Numbered from the stretch's first letter, positions 1 to 9,387 are shown. The stretch is DNA of 64,000 nt from Rhodospirillaceae bacterium (GCA_041919675.1 JAYRTJ010000006.1:1622-65621); one strand, 5' to 3'. Program-made: numbers and translations. Notes: generated by a model not told the origin, from the letters alone.

Positions 1-1
1 A

Positions 2-115
2 GCGCTCGTGAGCGCGGCGGGACTGGGGGACAATCTCGTACAGGCCATGGTGAGCAAGGGACTTGAGCCCCTGGAACAGGCCTATGAAGACTTTCAGGAC
101 CGGCCCAGACGTTAA
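2..115 (+). CDS. 3' end of an unidentified CDS entering from the left edge (partial)
   Basis: Frame is open from the window edge to TAA 113-115 (...GLEPLEQAYEDFQDRPRR*). Third positions are mostly G/C. Too short to assign a family. Confidence 0.3.
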   Translation, partial: ALVSAAGLGDNLVQAMVSKGLEPLEQAYEDFQDRPRR

Positions 116-125
116 AACTGGGCCG

Positions 126-386
126 CTAAACCAACGCGCTGGCAATCATCTTCCGAAGAGTCCTGTCGCGTTTGAGATGCCACTCGCGGCTCATGGCCGC
201 GCTGCGGTCGGCATGGCGCTCCGCATAAAGCAGGAACCACACGCGTCCCCGCGTCGAGCGCGCGCCGGCGCCGTCATTGTGCTTGGCGATGCGTTGATCG
301 AGATCGGTGGTCCAGCCCACGTACGTGCGGTAACCACCCTTCCCCAGGCTGCCGATCACATAGACGTAGCAGGTATCGCCGCTCAT
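126..386 (-). CDS. GIY-YIG nuclease family protein (small, single domain)
   Basis: MSGDTCYVYVIGS..GGYRTYVGWTTDLDQRIAKHN..AMSREWHLKRDR fits the GIY-YIG pattern. Started at internal ATG 386, whose ATGA overlaps the stop of the upstream gene; the track ORF 126..443 is longer. Confidence 0.8.
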   Translation of the reverse strand: MSGDTCYVYVIGSLGKGGYRTYVGWTTDLDQRIAKHNDGAGARSTRGRVWFLLYAERHADRSAAMSREWHLKRDRTLRKMIASALV

Positions 387-2173
387 GGCGTTTCGGTGAC
401 GGCGAATTCCCGAGGCGCGCGCCCCTCCACATGCCGCGCCCACATCATCGCGAATGCACGCTCGATGTTGCGCGTGTAGCGCAGCGTGTCGAACAGCGGC
501 GCGGAGGCGCGGTTCTTCCGCAACCGTTCCCGGAGCGCCTTCAAGGCGGCCGGATCGCGGGCCAGTTCAAACGCGCGGCGCTCATAGTCGGCCGGCGACG
601 TCGTCACCAGTTCGGGAAGGCCCGCCGCGATCAAGATGCTCGTCGCCACCCTGCCCGCGAACGTTTCACCCGTGCAGGTCAGAAGCGGAAGCCCGCCCCA
701 TAACGCGTCGCTGGCGGTCGTATGAGCGTTATACGGGAAGGTATCGAGAAACAGGTCGGCCACGGCGTGACGCGCGAGATGCGCGCCGATGGCCACGCGT
801 TTTGCGAATACAATCCGCTCCGGCGCGATGCCGCGCCTGGCGGCCTCGGCCTGCAAATTCCGCGCGGCGACGGGGCTATTCTCCAGAAGCCAGAGCACGC
901 TGCCGTCGACCGCCGCGAGAAGGCGCATCCAGATCTCGAACACGTCGGGCAGGATCTTGAAGCCGTCATTGAAGCAACAAAACACGAAAGCGGATTCGGG
1001 CAGGCCCATATCCTTGCGCAAGGGCGTTTGTAGCGCGCCGTAGCGCGCCAGCGCCGTGGGCTGGTAGCAGTGGGGAAGCTGCACGATCCGTTCGCTGAAA
1101 TGCGCGCGATGTTCGAACGGGGTGATCACCGGATCGCCGATCACATAATCGTAGCAAGGGGCTGCGGCGGTGCCGGGATATCCGAGATAGTTCACCTGGA
1201 GGGGTGCGAGACGGCGCGCGAAGATGGCGGGCGGGCGGCCCGTGTAGAGATTGAGGTCGATCGCGATATCCAGATTCTCGGCGCGCGCGAGGGCTTCGAT
1301 CTCGGCGTCGGAACGGTCCTCGCACTCGATCATGCGGTCGACGGACTTGGCGATATTCATGCGGATCGCATCCCGCCGCCCGCCGACCGCGAAGGCGATC
1401 ACCTCGAAGTGCGAACGGTCGTGCGCCTCAAGCAGGCCGGCGATCAGATGCGAAACCGGATGCGCGCAGAAGTCGGTCGAGAAATAGCCGAGACGGATCC
1501 TACCCGCCGGCTTCGACGCCGTCCCAGCGGACGGCGTGGGCGCGGGCGGGACATGGAGGGCTTCAAAATAGGCGGCGGCGGCCTTGCGCTGTTGCGCGCC
1601 GGTAGCCGGAAGGGCCAGGAGCCAGAACGGGCGCGTGGCCGGACGGCCGCTTTCGACGGCGGCGATCAGGGCATCGAGCTGCCCGGGCATTTCGTCCCAC
1701 CGGCAGATCTGCATCGCGTAATGCAGCGCCTGGCCGAGGATGAACTTGATATCGGGCTTGAGGCGCGCGGCCGCGGCCAGATCGCCGACGCCGGCCTCGG
1801 GCTCGCCCAAGGCGACAAAGGCGGCGCCGCGCGCGGCAAGCGCTTCGGGAAACTCGGGCGCAAAGGCCAGGACTTTGAGGGCGTCCGCAAGCGCCTCCCG
1901 GTACCGGCCGAGCGCCACATAAGCCTGGGCGCGGACGGTCTGGGCGCGCAGGTCGTAGTTGCTGGACGACAGCGCATCGCTCGCCAGCGCGATAGCCTCA
2001 TCCGCGCGGCCCGCGTCGCAGGCCAGCGCCGCGCGGGCGCCGAGCGCCCCTGCCCGCGCGACCGTATTCCGCGGGTCCTTTGTCAGCACCTGCTCAAAGC
2101 GCAGGAGCGCCTCTTTAAGGCGCCCCTGTTCTTCGAGATCGATGGCTTCGTCGAGGATCGCGGCAATATCCAT
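383..2173 (-). CDS. TPR-repeat protein with C-terminal GT41 (SPINDLY/OGT-like) glycosyltransferase domain
   Basis: N-terminal TPR-like helices. C-terminal motifs: VNYLGYPGTAAAPCYDYVIGD, FVFCCFNDGFKILP, DLFLDTFPYNAHTTASDALWGGLPLLTCTGETFAGRVA. Confidence 0.85.
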   Translation of the reverse strand: MDIAAILDEAIDLEEQGRLKEALLRFEQVLTKDPRNTVARAGALGARAALACDAGRADEAIALASDALSSSNYDLRAQTVRAQAYVALGRYREALADALKVLAFAPEFPEALAARGAAFVALGEPEAGVGDLAAAARLKPDIKFILGQALHYAMQICRWDEMPGQLDALIAAVESGRPATRPFWLLALPATGAQQRKAAAAYFEALHVPPAPTPSAGTASKPAGRIRLGYFSTDFCAHPVSHLIAGLLEAHDRSHFEVIAFAVGGRRDAIRMNIAKSVDRMIECEDRSDAEIEALARAENLDIAIDLNLYTGRPPAIFARRLAPLQVNYLGYPGTAAAPCYDYVIGDPVITPFEHRAHFSERIVQLPHCYQPTALARYGALQTPLRKDMGLPESAFVFCCFNDGFKILPDVFEIWMRLLAAVDGSVLWLLENSPVAARNLQAEAARRGIAPERIVFAKRVAIGAHLARHAVADLFLDTFPYNAHTTASDALWGGLPLLTCTGETFAGRVATSILIAAGLPELVTTSPADYERRAFELARDPAALKALRERLRKNRASAPLFDTLRYTRNIERAFAMMWARHVEGRAPREFAVTETP

Positions 2174-2206
2174 TGCCGCGAAACTAACAGACCGCGGGAC
2201 TCGCCG

Positions 2207-3400
2207 CTATTGGGCTTGAACGCGCAGGCGATTCCGGCGCTTGAGCCACCACATGGAGATGCCGGTGACGACGAACAGCAGCGGCAGGAAGCCCGACAGG
2301 AACACCAGGGTCCACCAGATCCAGCCCAGGCCGTTGCCGGCGTGGAACTGGCGCTGCCAGACGAGCCACTTGTCCTTGGTCGAATAGTTGGACTGCGGAT
2401 CGCGCAGCTCGATCACGCTTTGCTTCCACGGATCGAGGATCACCGTGGCTTGCGGGACGCCGTTGTAGTCGCCCGCGCGCGAGAACTGGATGCGGTACGG
2501 CTGATCGGGGCGCGGCGGGAAGTTGACGCTGCGCACGACGCCGCCCGGAACCGCGTCGAGGGCCAGCGCCACGGCCTCGTCGACCGCCATGGCCTCTTGG
2601 CCGTCCACCGGCGTGACGTTGATCGGACGCGGGTTGCGGGCCTCGCGCACCACCTGGCCGGCATCGACCATGGAGTTGATGGTGGTCGGGAAGCAGATAT
2701 AGACGCCCGAGACGCTGACCAGCACGAACACCAGCCACCCCCAGATGCCGACCGCGCCGTGCATGTCGCGGTTGGTCTTGATGGCGCTCTTGCCGAATTT
2801 GAAGGTGAAGGCCTGCTTGATCTGGCTCTTGCGCGGCCACCACATCACCATCCCGGAAATCCCGAGGAAGGTCATGAACACGCCCAGCCAGCCGACGACC
2901 TGGCGGCCGTAGAGGTTACCGGGCAGAAGCAGACGGCCGTGGAGATCGTGCATCATGCGGTCGAAGGACATGCCTTGCGGACGGCCCGGCGCCTGAGCCC
3001 GTTCGGCCGTCAGCGAGTCCGGCGCGACGGTCACGCGGATCTGGCCGGCGCCCGGCGGACCGGGGCGAGCCTCCTCGCCTTCGGCGCGCGGCGCGGCGAA
3101 GCGCACGGTTGCCGTGCCTCCCGGCTTGCCCGGCGCGTCGTAGCCGGCAAGGCGCGCGCCTTCGGGTGCGACAGCCTGCGCGGCCTGGATGATTTCAATG
3201 ATCGGACGCTGCGGCGCCGAAGCCGGGTCGAAGCGCTCCGGCAGATGATCGATCATCTGCACGCTGCCCGACAATCCGAGCAGCACGAACGGGATCGAGA
3301 AGATGATTCCCATCCACAGATGAATCGTGGCGAGAAGCTTCTTGATCGAGAAGCTTGCGCCTTTGGAACGCACCTGCGTTCCGGTTGTGATTTCAGTCAT
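2207..3400 (-). CDS. PepSY-associated TM helix protein (PiuB-like iron-regulated membrane protein)
   Basis: IKKLLATIHLWMGIIFSIPFVLLGLSG at the N-terminus and ...WWTLVFLSGFLPLLFVVTGISMWWLKRR at the C-terminus. Start moved to ATG 3400 (MTEITTG...). The track ORF extends to 3658, into the neighbouring receptor gene. Confidence 0.8.
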   Translation of the reverse strand: MTEITTGTQVRSKGASFSIKKLLATIHLWMGIIFSIPFVLLGLSGSVQMIDHLPERFDPASAPQRPIIEIIQAAQAVAPEGARLAGYDAPGKPGGTATVRFAAPRAEGEEARPGPPGAGQIRVTVAPDSLTAERAQAPGRPQGMSFDRMMHDLHGRLLLPGNLYGRQVVGWLGVFMTFLGISGMVMWWPRKSQIKQAFTFKFGKSAIKTNRDMHGAVGIWGWLVFVLVSVSGVYICFPTTINSMVDAGQVVREARNPRPINVTPVDGQEAMAVDEAVALALDAVPGGVVRSVNFPPRPDQPYRIQFSRAGDYNGVPQATVILDPWKQSVIELRDPQSNYSTKDKWLVWQRQFHAGNGLGWIWWTLVFLSGFLPLLFVVTGISMWWLKRRNRLRVQAQ

Positions 3401-3600
3401 GACTTTGCCACCGCCAAAAAAAGATTCGTTACGCCAAGAAGCACGGCCCGCCTCCACGCGGAACATGCCTCCGTTTACCTCGTACCGCCGAGAGAAGGAA
3501 TGAACGGCGGAGCTCTCGTAAAGGAGGAAAAACGAGAAGCTCCGCCGTTCGAAGGCCGCGGTGGCGGTTGTGGAGCGCGGCCCGAGTTCCGTTGGTCTCC

Positions 3601-5916
3601 TTAGAAGCTGTAGTTCACGCTGAGCTGAGCGGCGCGACGGTCGCCCGGCGTCGCCCAACCGTTGTTACGGATGCGGATGAAGTACTTCTTGTCGAAGATG
3701 TTGTTGACGTTCAGCTGCACACCCAGATTTTCCATGATCTGGTAGCTGGCCATCGCACGATGCGTCCAATAGCCGTCCGTCGTATACAGCGCGCCCGACG
3801 TATTGAGATACCAGCGGCCCTGATAGGTGGCGCCGTAGCCGAGCGTGATGTTGAACGGCAGCGTATAGGTGGTCCACAGGCTGACGGCATGATCCGGCAC
3901 GTTGCCGAGCTCGTTGCCGGCCTGCGGATCGGGAAGCGCGGGCGTATTGCCGCAACCCGTGGCGCCGGGCGTGCGTAGGCAGAACTCGGACACGCTGCGG
4001 ATGATCTTGCTCTTCAGGTAGGTATAGTTGGCGAACACCATCCATTCTGGCGTGATGGTGCCGGCGGCGCCGAGCGCAATCCCATCCACCCGCGCGCTGC
4101 CGTCGAGCTGCTGCTCGGGCACGATCGGGTCGTTCGACGCCACGCGGAAGTTGGTACGGGCGTTGCGGAACAGCGAGCCCGTGAGCGAAAGCTGGTTTTC
4201 GAGGAGATTCCACTTCGCGCCGATTTCGTAGTTCTTCGCGGTTTCGGGGTCGACACTGCAGGTCGCGGCCGTGCACGAGCCGTTGACCGAGGTCTTGGAC
4301 GGCGCCTTCGAGTTCCCGTAGGCGACATAGAGGCTGGCTTCCGGCACCGGCTTATAGACGGCGCCGACGCGGTACGAGAACAAATAGTCTTCGTTCTCGA
4401 ACACTTGGCCCTGCGAGGTGAATGTTCCGTTGGTATAGGTGGCGGTCGTGTGCGTGCCGTCGTTGTGCTCGTAACGCAAGCCGCCGTTGATTTCGAACTG
4501 CGGCGTGATCTCCGCGGTTTCGAACAGGTAGATCGCTTGGTTCTTGAGCGTGCCGTCCTGCGAGGCGGCCTGGATGAAGTTGACCGGGCCGGTGTAAGTC
4601 GTATCCGGGTTCGAGATGTTCATCAGCGGGTAGGTCGGCGTGACGTTCGCCGCCGTACGCTGGATGTTGCCGTTGTCGAGATGGAACGTCTCGCTGGAGA
4701 CGCCGATGCCGAGCACCGTGGTGTGGCGGACATCGCCGGTCATGAAACGCGAGGTGAGATCGAGCTGATTATAAAAGTTGGTGTTCTTGGTATCACGCGT
4801 GGTACCGCGCGGACCGCTCGGCAGGAAGGTGCCGGCCGGCGTACAAGCCGCGCCCGTCGACGGATTGATACCGGCCGACGAACACCAGGTGCCCTGCGGG
4901 GGATTGACCACCGAGTACTGGGTGACCTGCTGATAGCGGGTCAGATTGCGGACCGAGAAATTCTCGTCGAAGTCGTGCTGAATGATGGCGGTGCCGGCAT
5001 CGAGGTTGATGCGCTGCACATCCATATTGGCGTAGCCGTAATAGAGGCCTGGATCCGACCCGGCGATGGCGCCGTTGTTGAAGGCGTTCTTGAAGTAGCC
5101 CACGCCGTATTGCGGCGTGTTGTTGTCGTGCTGATGCACGAAGCTGAGGGTGAAACGCGTCGGCGTACCGAGGCCCAGCGCGATCGACGGTGCGATGCCC
5201 CAGCGCTTGGCCTCTTCGACCTTACGGCCAGGCATGTTCTGGCTGTGGCCCATGAGGTTCAGGCGGATCGCGGAGGTCTCCGTGATAAGCTGATTGGTGT
5301 CGACGGTGCCGCGGAAGTAGCTGTCGGTGCCGACGCCGGCCGACAGGTCCGTGAACGGTTGGGCCTTCGGCGTCTTTGAAACGATATTGATCGTCCCGCC
5401 AACGGAGCCAGAGCCGCCGTAAACGGAGTTGGCGCCGTTGACGACTTCGATCTGCTCAAGGTTGAACGGATCGGAGCGGGTGTACTGGGCGCTGTCGCGC
5501 ACGCCATCGACGGTGATGTCGCTGTTCGCCGTGAAACCGCGCAGGTTGACGGAATCGCCGTAACCGCCGCCGCCTTCACCGGCGCCGAACGTAATGCCGG
5601 GAACGGTGGACAGAACTTCGCGCAGGCTCATCATGTTCTGTTCGCGGATGACCTCCGCCGGGATCACGGTGATGGTCTGCGGCGTGTCGAGCAGCGGCGC
5701 GGTGTATTTCGGCGAGTCCGGGATCTCGACTTTATATTCTTGGGGCGCGTCTTCCTCGACGCCGACGGCCGGGACGGCCAGGGGCTGGCCGCTCTGCGCG
5801 AACGCGGGCGCGCTGAAGACCACGGCGGTGGTGCTCAAAAGAGCGTAAAGTGCGCCGCGGCTGCCACGGTCGCGGGTGAAGGCCATGTCGGAGGCCGGCA
5901 TCGTTCTCGACGTCAT
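3601..5916 (-). CDS. TonB-dependent siderophore receptor
   Basis: Signal peptide ...AFAQSG, a plug region (ETPQTITVI, NLRGF), a long beta-barrel and terminal ...LSVNYSF. Fur-box-like site lies upstream. Confidence 0.9.
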   Translation of the reverse strand: MTSRTMPASDMAFTRDRGSRGALYALLSTTAVVFSAPAFAQSGQPLAVPAVGVEEDAPQEYKVEIPDSPKYTAPLLDTPQTITVIPAEVIREQNMMSLREVLSTVPGITFGAGEGGGGYGDSVNLRGFTANSDITVDGVRDSAQYTRSDPFNLEQIEVVNGANSVYGGSGSVGGTINIVSKTPKAQPFTDLSAGVGTDSYFRGTVDTNQLITETSAIRLNLMGHSQNMPGRKVEEAKRWGIAPSIALGLGTPTRFTLSFVHQHDNNTPQYGVGYFKNAFNNGAIAGSDPGLYYGYANMDVQRINLDAGTAIIQHDFDENFSVRNLTRYQQVTQYSVVNPPQGTWCSSAGINPSTGAACTPAGTFLPSGPRGTTRDTKNTNFYNQLDLTSRFMTGDVRHTTVLGIGVSSETFHLDNGNIQRTAANVTPTYPLMNISNPDTTYTGPVNFIQAASQDGTLKNQAIYLFETAEITPQFEINGGLRYEHNDGTHTTATYTNGTFTSQGQVFENEDYLFSYRVGAVYKPVPEASLYVAYGNSKAPSKTSVNGSCTAATCSVDPETAKNYEIGAKWNLLENQLSLTGSLFRNARTNFRVASNDPIVPEQQLDGSARVDGIALGAAGTITPEWMVFANYTYLKSKIIRSVSEFCLRTPGATGCGNTPALPDPQAGNELGNVPDHAVSLWTTYTLPFNITLGYGATYQGRWYLNTSGALYTTDGYWTHRAMASYQIMENLGVQLNVNNIFDKKYFIRIRNNGWATPGDRRAAQLSVNYSF

Positions 5917-5945
5917 ATGAAAGTGTCCCCTCGAAGCGAATAAGT

Positions 5946-5964
5946 GATAATGCGAATCAGTCTT
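5946..5964. promoter_or_regulatory. Fur-box-like operator upstream of the receptor gene
   Basis: gataatgcgaatcagtctt matches GATAATGATAATCATTATC at 14 of 19 positions by hand count. It sits in an AT-rich island about 30 nt upstream of the receptor start. Confidence 0.5.
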
Positions 5965-6104
5965 GATGCGAGTGACTATTAATTGCGATTCTCGGGAACC
6001 GCAAGCGAAAAATTACAGCATGGACGTTGGGGCCGGAATCTTAACTTATTGATTTTACGTAAATATTTACCGCACCTGCGGCGCTCCTAATAAATATCGA
6101 CCGT

Positions 6105-6145
6105 GACAATGATTCGCAATTGCATTACTAATGATTCGCGTTTGC
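6105..6145. promoter_or_regulatory. Two overlapping Fur-box-like repeats upstream of tonB
   Basis: gacaatgattcgcaattgc (12/19) and actaatgattcgcgtttgc (11/19). The decamer aatgattcgc occurs twice, 22 nt apart, 45-85 nt upstream of the tonB ATG. Confidence 0.4.
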
Positions 6146-6188
6146 GATGTTTTACCCGCCTTAATCACACGGTTTCGTTTTTCCCGCG

Positions 6189-6971
6189 ATGAACAGCCTG
6201 ACCACGCCTCGCCCGCTTCTCGATGCGCCGCACGCCTCCAGCGGCGTCGCCTCACAGCCCTTGTCCCTGAAGGACTTCGCGCGCACGGCGCAACCCGATC
6301 CTTTATCGAAGGGACAGCGCGCCTTCGGCGGCGCGGTCGCGCTCGGGATTCAGGTGCTTTTCATTCTGGGGGTCGCCTACGGCACCATGCGCGAGATCGC
6401 GCCGCAGCTTGAGAACCTCACGATCGTCAACGTGCTGGAAGAAACGCCGATGATCGAAGAGCCGCCGCCGCCGCCGCCGGTGATGGTCGCCGCGCCGGTG
6501 CTGACGATGCAGATGCCTTTGGTCACCATCACGCCGCCCGAGCCGCCGAAGACGGCGCCGACGGCCGTTGTGTCCGACATGCCGGCTCCACCGCCGCCGC
6601 CGCGCATCGACGACGGCGAGCGCCTGCGCCAAGTCACCGACTTCCAGCGCGCGCTTCAGCGCCATCTGCTGCGCCAGTTGATGTATCCGGCGCAAGCGCG
6701 CGCGCGCAGGGAAGAAGGCATCGTCTACGTGCGCGTGGCCATGAGCCGCGCCGGCCAGGTGATTTCCGCGAAGGTCCAGGATGCGTCGGATTTCCCGCAG
6801 CTCAACGCCGAAGCCATCGCCGTCATTCAGCGCGCGCAGCCGCTGCCGCTGCCGCCGCCCGCGGTGATGGGCGAGCCGGTCGACCTGATCATTCCGGTGA
6901 CGTTCAATTTACGCGGCGGCCGTGGGGGCCGCGGCGGCGGACGCGGCGGCGATCACCACCGCGCGGAATAG
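6189..6971 (+). CDS. tonB: TonB family energy transducer
   Basis: N-terminal anchor, Pro-rich spacer (EEPPPPPPVMV...PPEPPKTAP...PPPPPR) and a TonB C-terminal domain (YPAQARARREEGIVYVRVAM...IIPVTFNL). Ends in an unusual RGG-rich tail. Confidence 0.85.
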   Translation: MNSLTTPRPLLDAPHASSGVASQPLSLKDFARTAQPDPLSKGQRAFGGAVALGIQVLFILGVAYGTMREIAPQLENLTIVNVLEETPMIEEPPPPPPVMVAAPVLTMQMPLVTITPPEPPKTAPTAVVSDMPAPPPPPRIDDGERLRQVTDFQRALQRHLLRQLMYPAQARARREEGIVYVRVAMSRAGQVISAKVQDASDFPQLNAEAIAVIQRAQPLPLPPPAVMGEPVDLIIPVTFNLRGGRGGRGGGRGGDHHRAE

Positions 6972-6977
6972 CCTCGG

Positions 6978-7805
6978 TTATTGAGGCGTTTTATCCCACT
7001 CGCCGACCCACACGTCCTGCCCGCTCGCGGCATTGCCGAGCCGTGAGAGCAACGCGGGTTTGAGCTCCGTGCCGCTCTTGAGAAGAAGCTGACCCGACTT
7101 GTCCAGCAAATCACGCGCGAGGATCGCGCCCGGCCGCACGTCCTCGATCCGGCAGGCGCGCACGTTCTTCAGTTCGGCATCGCGGAAGTATTTCACGGCA
7201 TGGACGCTCGCGAGTCCCCCATGCGAGGCGCGCGGCTGCGCGGACGTCGTTTCGCCGATCACATCCCCCGGACGGATGACACGGGCCGGACCGCCGATGC
7301 CCTTGGGTTTCTCCGGATCCACCGCCGAAGGCATCACGCCGGGCACCGCCGCGTAGAGGCTTGGATCTTGCAGAGTCCACGTACGGTGAATCCCCGCCTC
7401 GATCGTCTTCACCAGCTTTTCGATTGAAAGAGGCGCGACGGCGAATCCGTTGACGTCGAGTTTCTTCGCGGCCATCACCGCCGCGGAGTCCGGTTTTCCC
7501 GTGAGGATGATCACCGGCGTGCGCGGCGGGGTCTTCGGCAGCGACTTGGTCCGGATTTTGCGCAGAAGCTCGAGCCCGCCCTCGGGCGCCATGTCCCATT
7601 CGACGATGACGCAATCGATGGCCTGGCCGAGCCGGGTGAGAAGCTGAACGGCGGTGTCGATGCTGGCGGCATGTTTGACGTTCTTCGCCTTCCCGCGCAT
7701 GACCGCGGTCTGCGCCATATCGCGGTAAAACGGCTTATCGTCGACCACGAGGAACGCGGTCTTGGAGAAATCGACATCTTGTTGCAGAGGCGCGCCGACG
7801 GTCAT
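6978..7805 (-). CDS. Response-regulator receiver protein with an uncharacterised C-terminal domain
   Basis: REC pattern LVVDD...VIVEWDMAPEGGLELLRKIR...VIILTG...NGFAVAPLSIEKL. The position normally Lys-Pro reads Ala-Pro. The C-terminal ~100 aa is not recognised. Confidence 0.75.
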   Translation of the reverse strand: MTVGAPLQQDVDFSKTAFLVVDDKPFYRDMAQTAVMRGKAKNVKHAASIDTAVQLLTRLGQAIDCVIVEWDMAPEGGLELLRKIRTKSLPKTPPRTPVIILTGKPDSAAVMAAKKLDVNGFAVAPLSIEKLVKTIEAGIHRTWTLQDPSLYAAVPGVMPSAVDPEKPKGIGGPARVIRPGDVIGETTSAQPRASHGGLASVHAVKYFRDAELKNVRACRIEDVRPGAILARDLLDKSGQLLLKSGTELKPALLSRLGNAASGQDVWVGEWDKTPQ

Positions 7806-7912
7806 GCTATCAACCTGTAATTTCTATATTTATAACAAATATACCCCAGAGTAGCACAGCGAAAGGTTGCGGGTCCAAAGAGTAACGCAACGGCTGCGGC
7901 GAGGTTGCCGCA

Positions 7913-8509
7913 TTGGATGTAGTGTTGGAGACCATGGTCCTGAAACCGCTCAAAACCCTTTTGCGCGCCTATAAGAATCGGCGAATCCGGCGCCTGCCCT
8001 CGCGCATATTCCTGGAAACGGTGGTCATCCCGGCGCTGGCGAAGGCCGGCCGCCGGCGCATGCTGTTCGTCGGCACGCGCGCGTACAACCGGCCGGCTTA
8101 TGAGCGCTGCGCGGCCGAAGGCATTTTGGTGTGGAGCATCGATATGGATGCCGCCGCGGCCGCCGACGGCGCGCCGGACGGACACTTCGTCGGTAACGTC
8201 TGCGATATCGAAGCGCTGGCAGGGGGGCGGCGCTTCGATGTCATCATATTCAACGGGGTCCTCGGCTGGGGCCTCAACAACGCAGCCGAAGCCTTGAGGG
8301 CGGTGAAAGCCATGAAGAACGTCGCCGCGCCGGGCGGTCTGCTCCTTGTCGGCTGGAATCCGGGCCTGACCGACGGCGCGGAGATCGCGGCGATGCGCCC
8401 TCATCTCGCGCCCGTGTCCGTCGGCGCGATTCCCGAGGACATCGCGTTTCCGCCGCGCGGCGCGGCGCAGCGCTATCCGCACCGCTACGAACTTTTCACC
8501 TTCGCCTGA
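7913..8509 (+). CDS. Class I SAM-dependent methyltransferase-like protein
   Basis: RMLFVGTRAYN (motif I-like), FDVIIFNGVLGWGL, APGGLLLVGWNPG. Start uncertain: TTG 7913 or ATG 7934. The stop overlaps the next start (TGATG). Confidence 0.6.
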   Translation: MDVVLETMVLKPLKTLLRAYKNRRIRRLPSRIFLETVVIPALAKAGRRRMLFVGTRAYNRPAYERCAAEGILVWSIDMDAAAAADGAPDGHFVGNVCDIEALAGGRRFDVIIFNGVLGWGLNNAAEALRAVKAMKNVAAPGGLLLVGWNPGLTDGAEIAAMRPHLAPVSVGAIPEDIAFPPRGAAQRYPHRYELFTFA

Positions 8510-9387
8510 TGCCCATCAAAAAAGACATCTGGCGCATCGGCGCGGTTCGGGCCCCGGCCGCCGAGATCCTACAGCGCGGCCTTGAGGGGCATGACGTGAC
8601 GTGGCTTTGCGATATGCCGCCGCTCACATTTCTGGCCGATCCCTTCGGCGTCTGGCGCGGCGGGCGGCTCTACGTATTCGCCGAAGCTTACGATTACCGC
8701 GACCGGCACGGCGTCATCGAAGCGCTGACCTTCGACGCCGGGCTGCGTCTGATCGCGCGGCGCGAGGTGCTGCGCGAACCCTGGCATCTGTCTTACCCCT
8801 TCATCGTCGAGACGGGCGGCGAGACTTACATGATGCCGGAGGGCTTCCGCTCGGGCGGCGTGTCCCTGTACCGCGCGGCCGCGTTTCCGCACCGCTGGGA
8901 ACTGGTGCGGCGCATCACGCTCGACGAAGCGCCGATCGATGCGACGCCGGTGTTTCACAACGGCATGTGGTGGATGTTCTACACCCCCGCGACCACGCGC
9001 GAGGCCAAGGTGAGCGCGTTGCATGTCGCTTTCGCGTCCCGCCTTGAAGGGCCCTGGACGCCGCATCCGATGAATCCCGTGCGGTTCGATCCGTCGAGCT
9101 GCAGACCCGGCGGCACGCCCGTCGTCATTGACGGCGCGCTGGTGCTTCCCATGCAGGATTGCCGCGCCACCTACGGCGGCGCCATCCGGCCGCTCACCGT
9201 CACGCGGCTGACAACGGCGGATTTCGAAGCCGTTCCGGGCCACGTCCTGACGGCGCCGGAGGCCGACGGATTTCACACGGTTGCGGGCGCCGGCGCACTG
9301 ACGCTGATCGACACCAAGCGCTTCCACATCTCGCCGGCGTCGCTGGCGCTAGACGTACGCCACGTTCTCCGCAAAGCGTTCCGGTAG
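8509..9387 (+). CDS. Predicted beta-propeller-type glycan-modifying protein
   Basis: FLADPFGVW..GRLYVFAEAYDY...EPWHLSYPFIVETGGETYMMPE...NGMWWMFYTP. The family name (glucosamine inositolphosphorylceramide transferase family) is from memory, not from a search. Confidence 0.55.
   Translation: MPIKKDIWRIGAVRAPAAEILQRGLEGHDVTWLCDMPPLTFLADPFGVWRGGRLYVFAEAYDYRDRHGVIEALTFDAGLRLIARREVLREPWHLSYPFIVETGGETYMMPEGFRSGGVSLYRAAAFPHRWELVRRITLDEAPIDATPVFHNGMWWMFYTPATTREAKVSALHVAFASRLEGPWTPHPMNPVRFDPSSCRPGGTPVVIDGALVLPMQDCRATYGGAIRPLTVTRLTTADFEAVPGHVLTAPEADGFHTVAGAGALTLIDTKRFHISPASLALDVRHVLRKAFR

Noticed and set aside
1070-3604. 844-aa plus-strand ORF, together with the similar long ORFs 31483..34848 (+), 36610..38253 (+), 54858..56750 (-), 57216..58544 (-), 58830..60275 (+) and 60122..62185 (+).
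   Set aside because: Each lies antisense to a gene with clear family motifs (PepSY/GT41, TPR giant, MotE-like, FlgK, FlgL, CitMHS, GT41). Their translations are Arg/Gly/Ala/His-rich low-complexity strings with no recognisable domain. This is the expected stop-codon-poor antisense frame of GC-rich DNA.
7802-8482. 226-aa minus-strand ORF overlapping the methyltransferase-like gene.
   Set aside because: It is an Arg-rich product with no motif. The plus-strand frame shows methyltransferase-like motifs and is coupled (TGATG) to the next gene.
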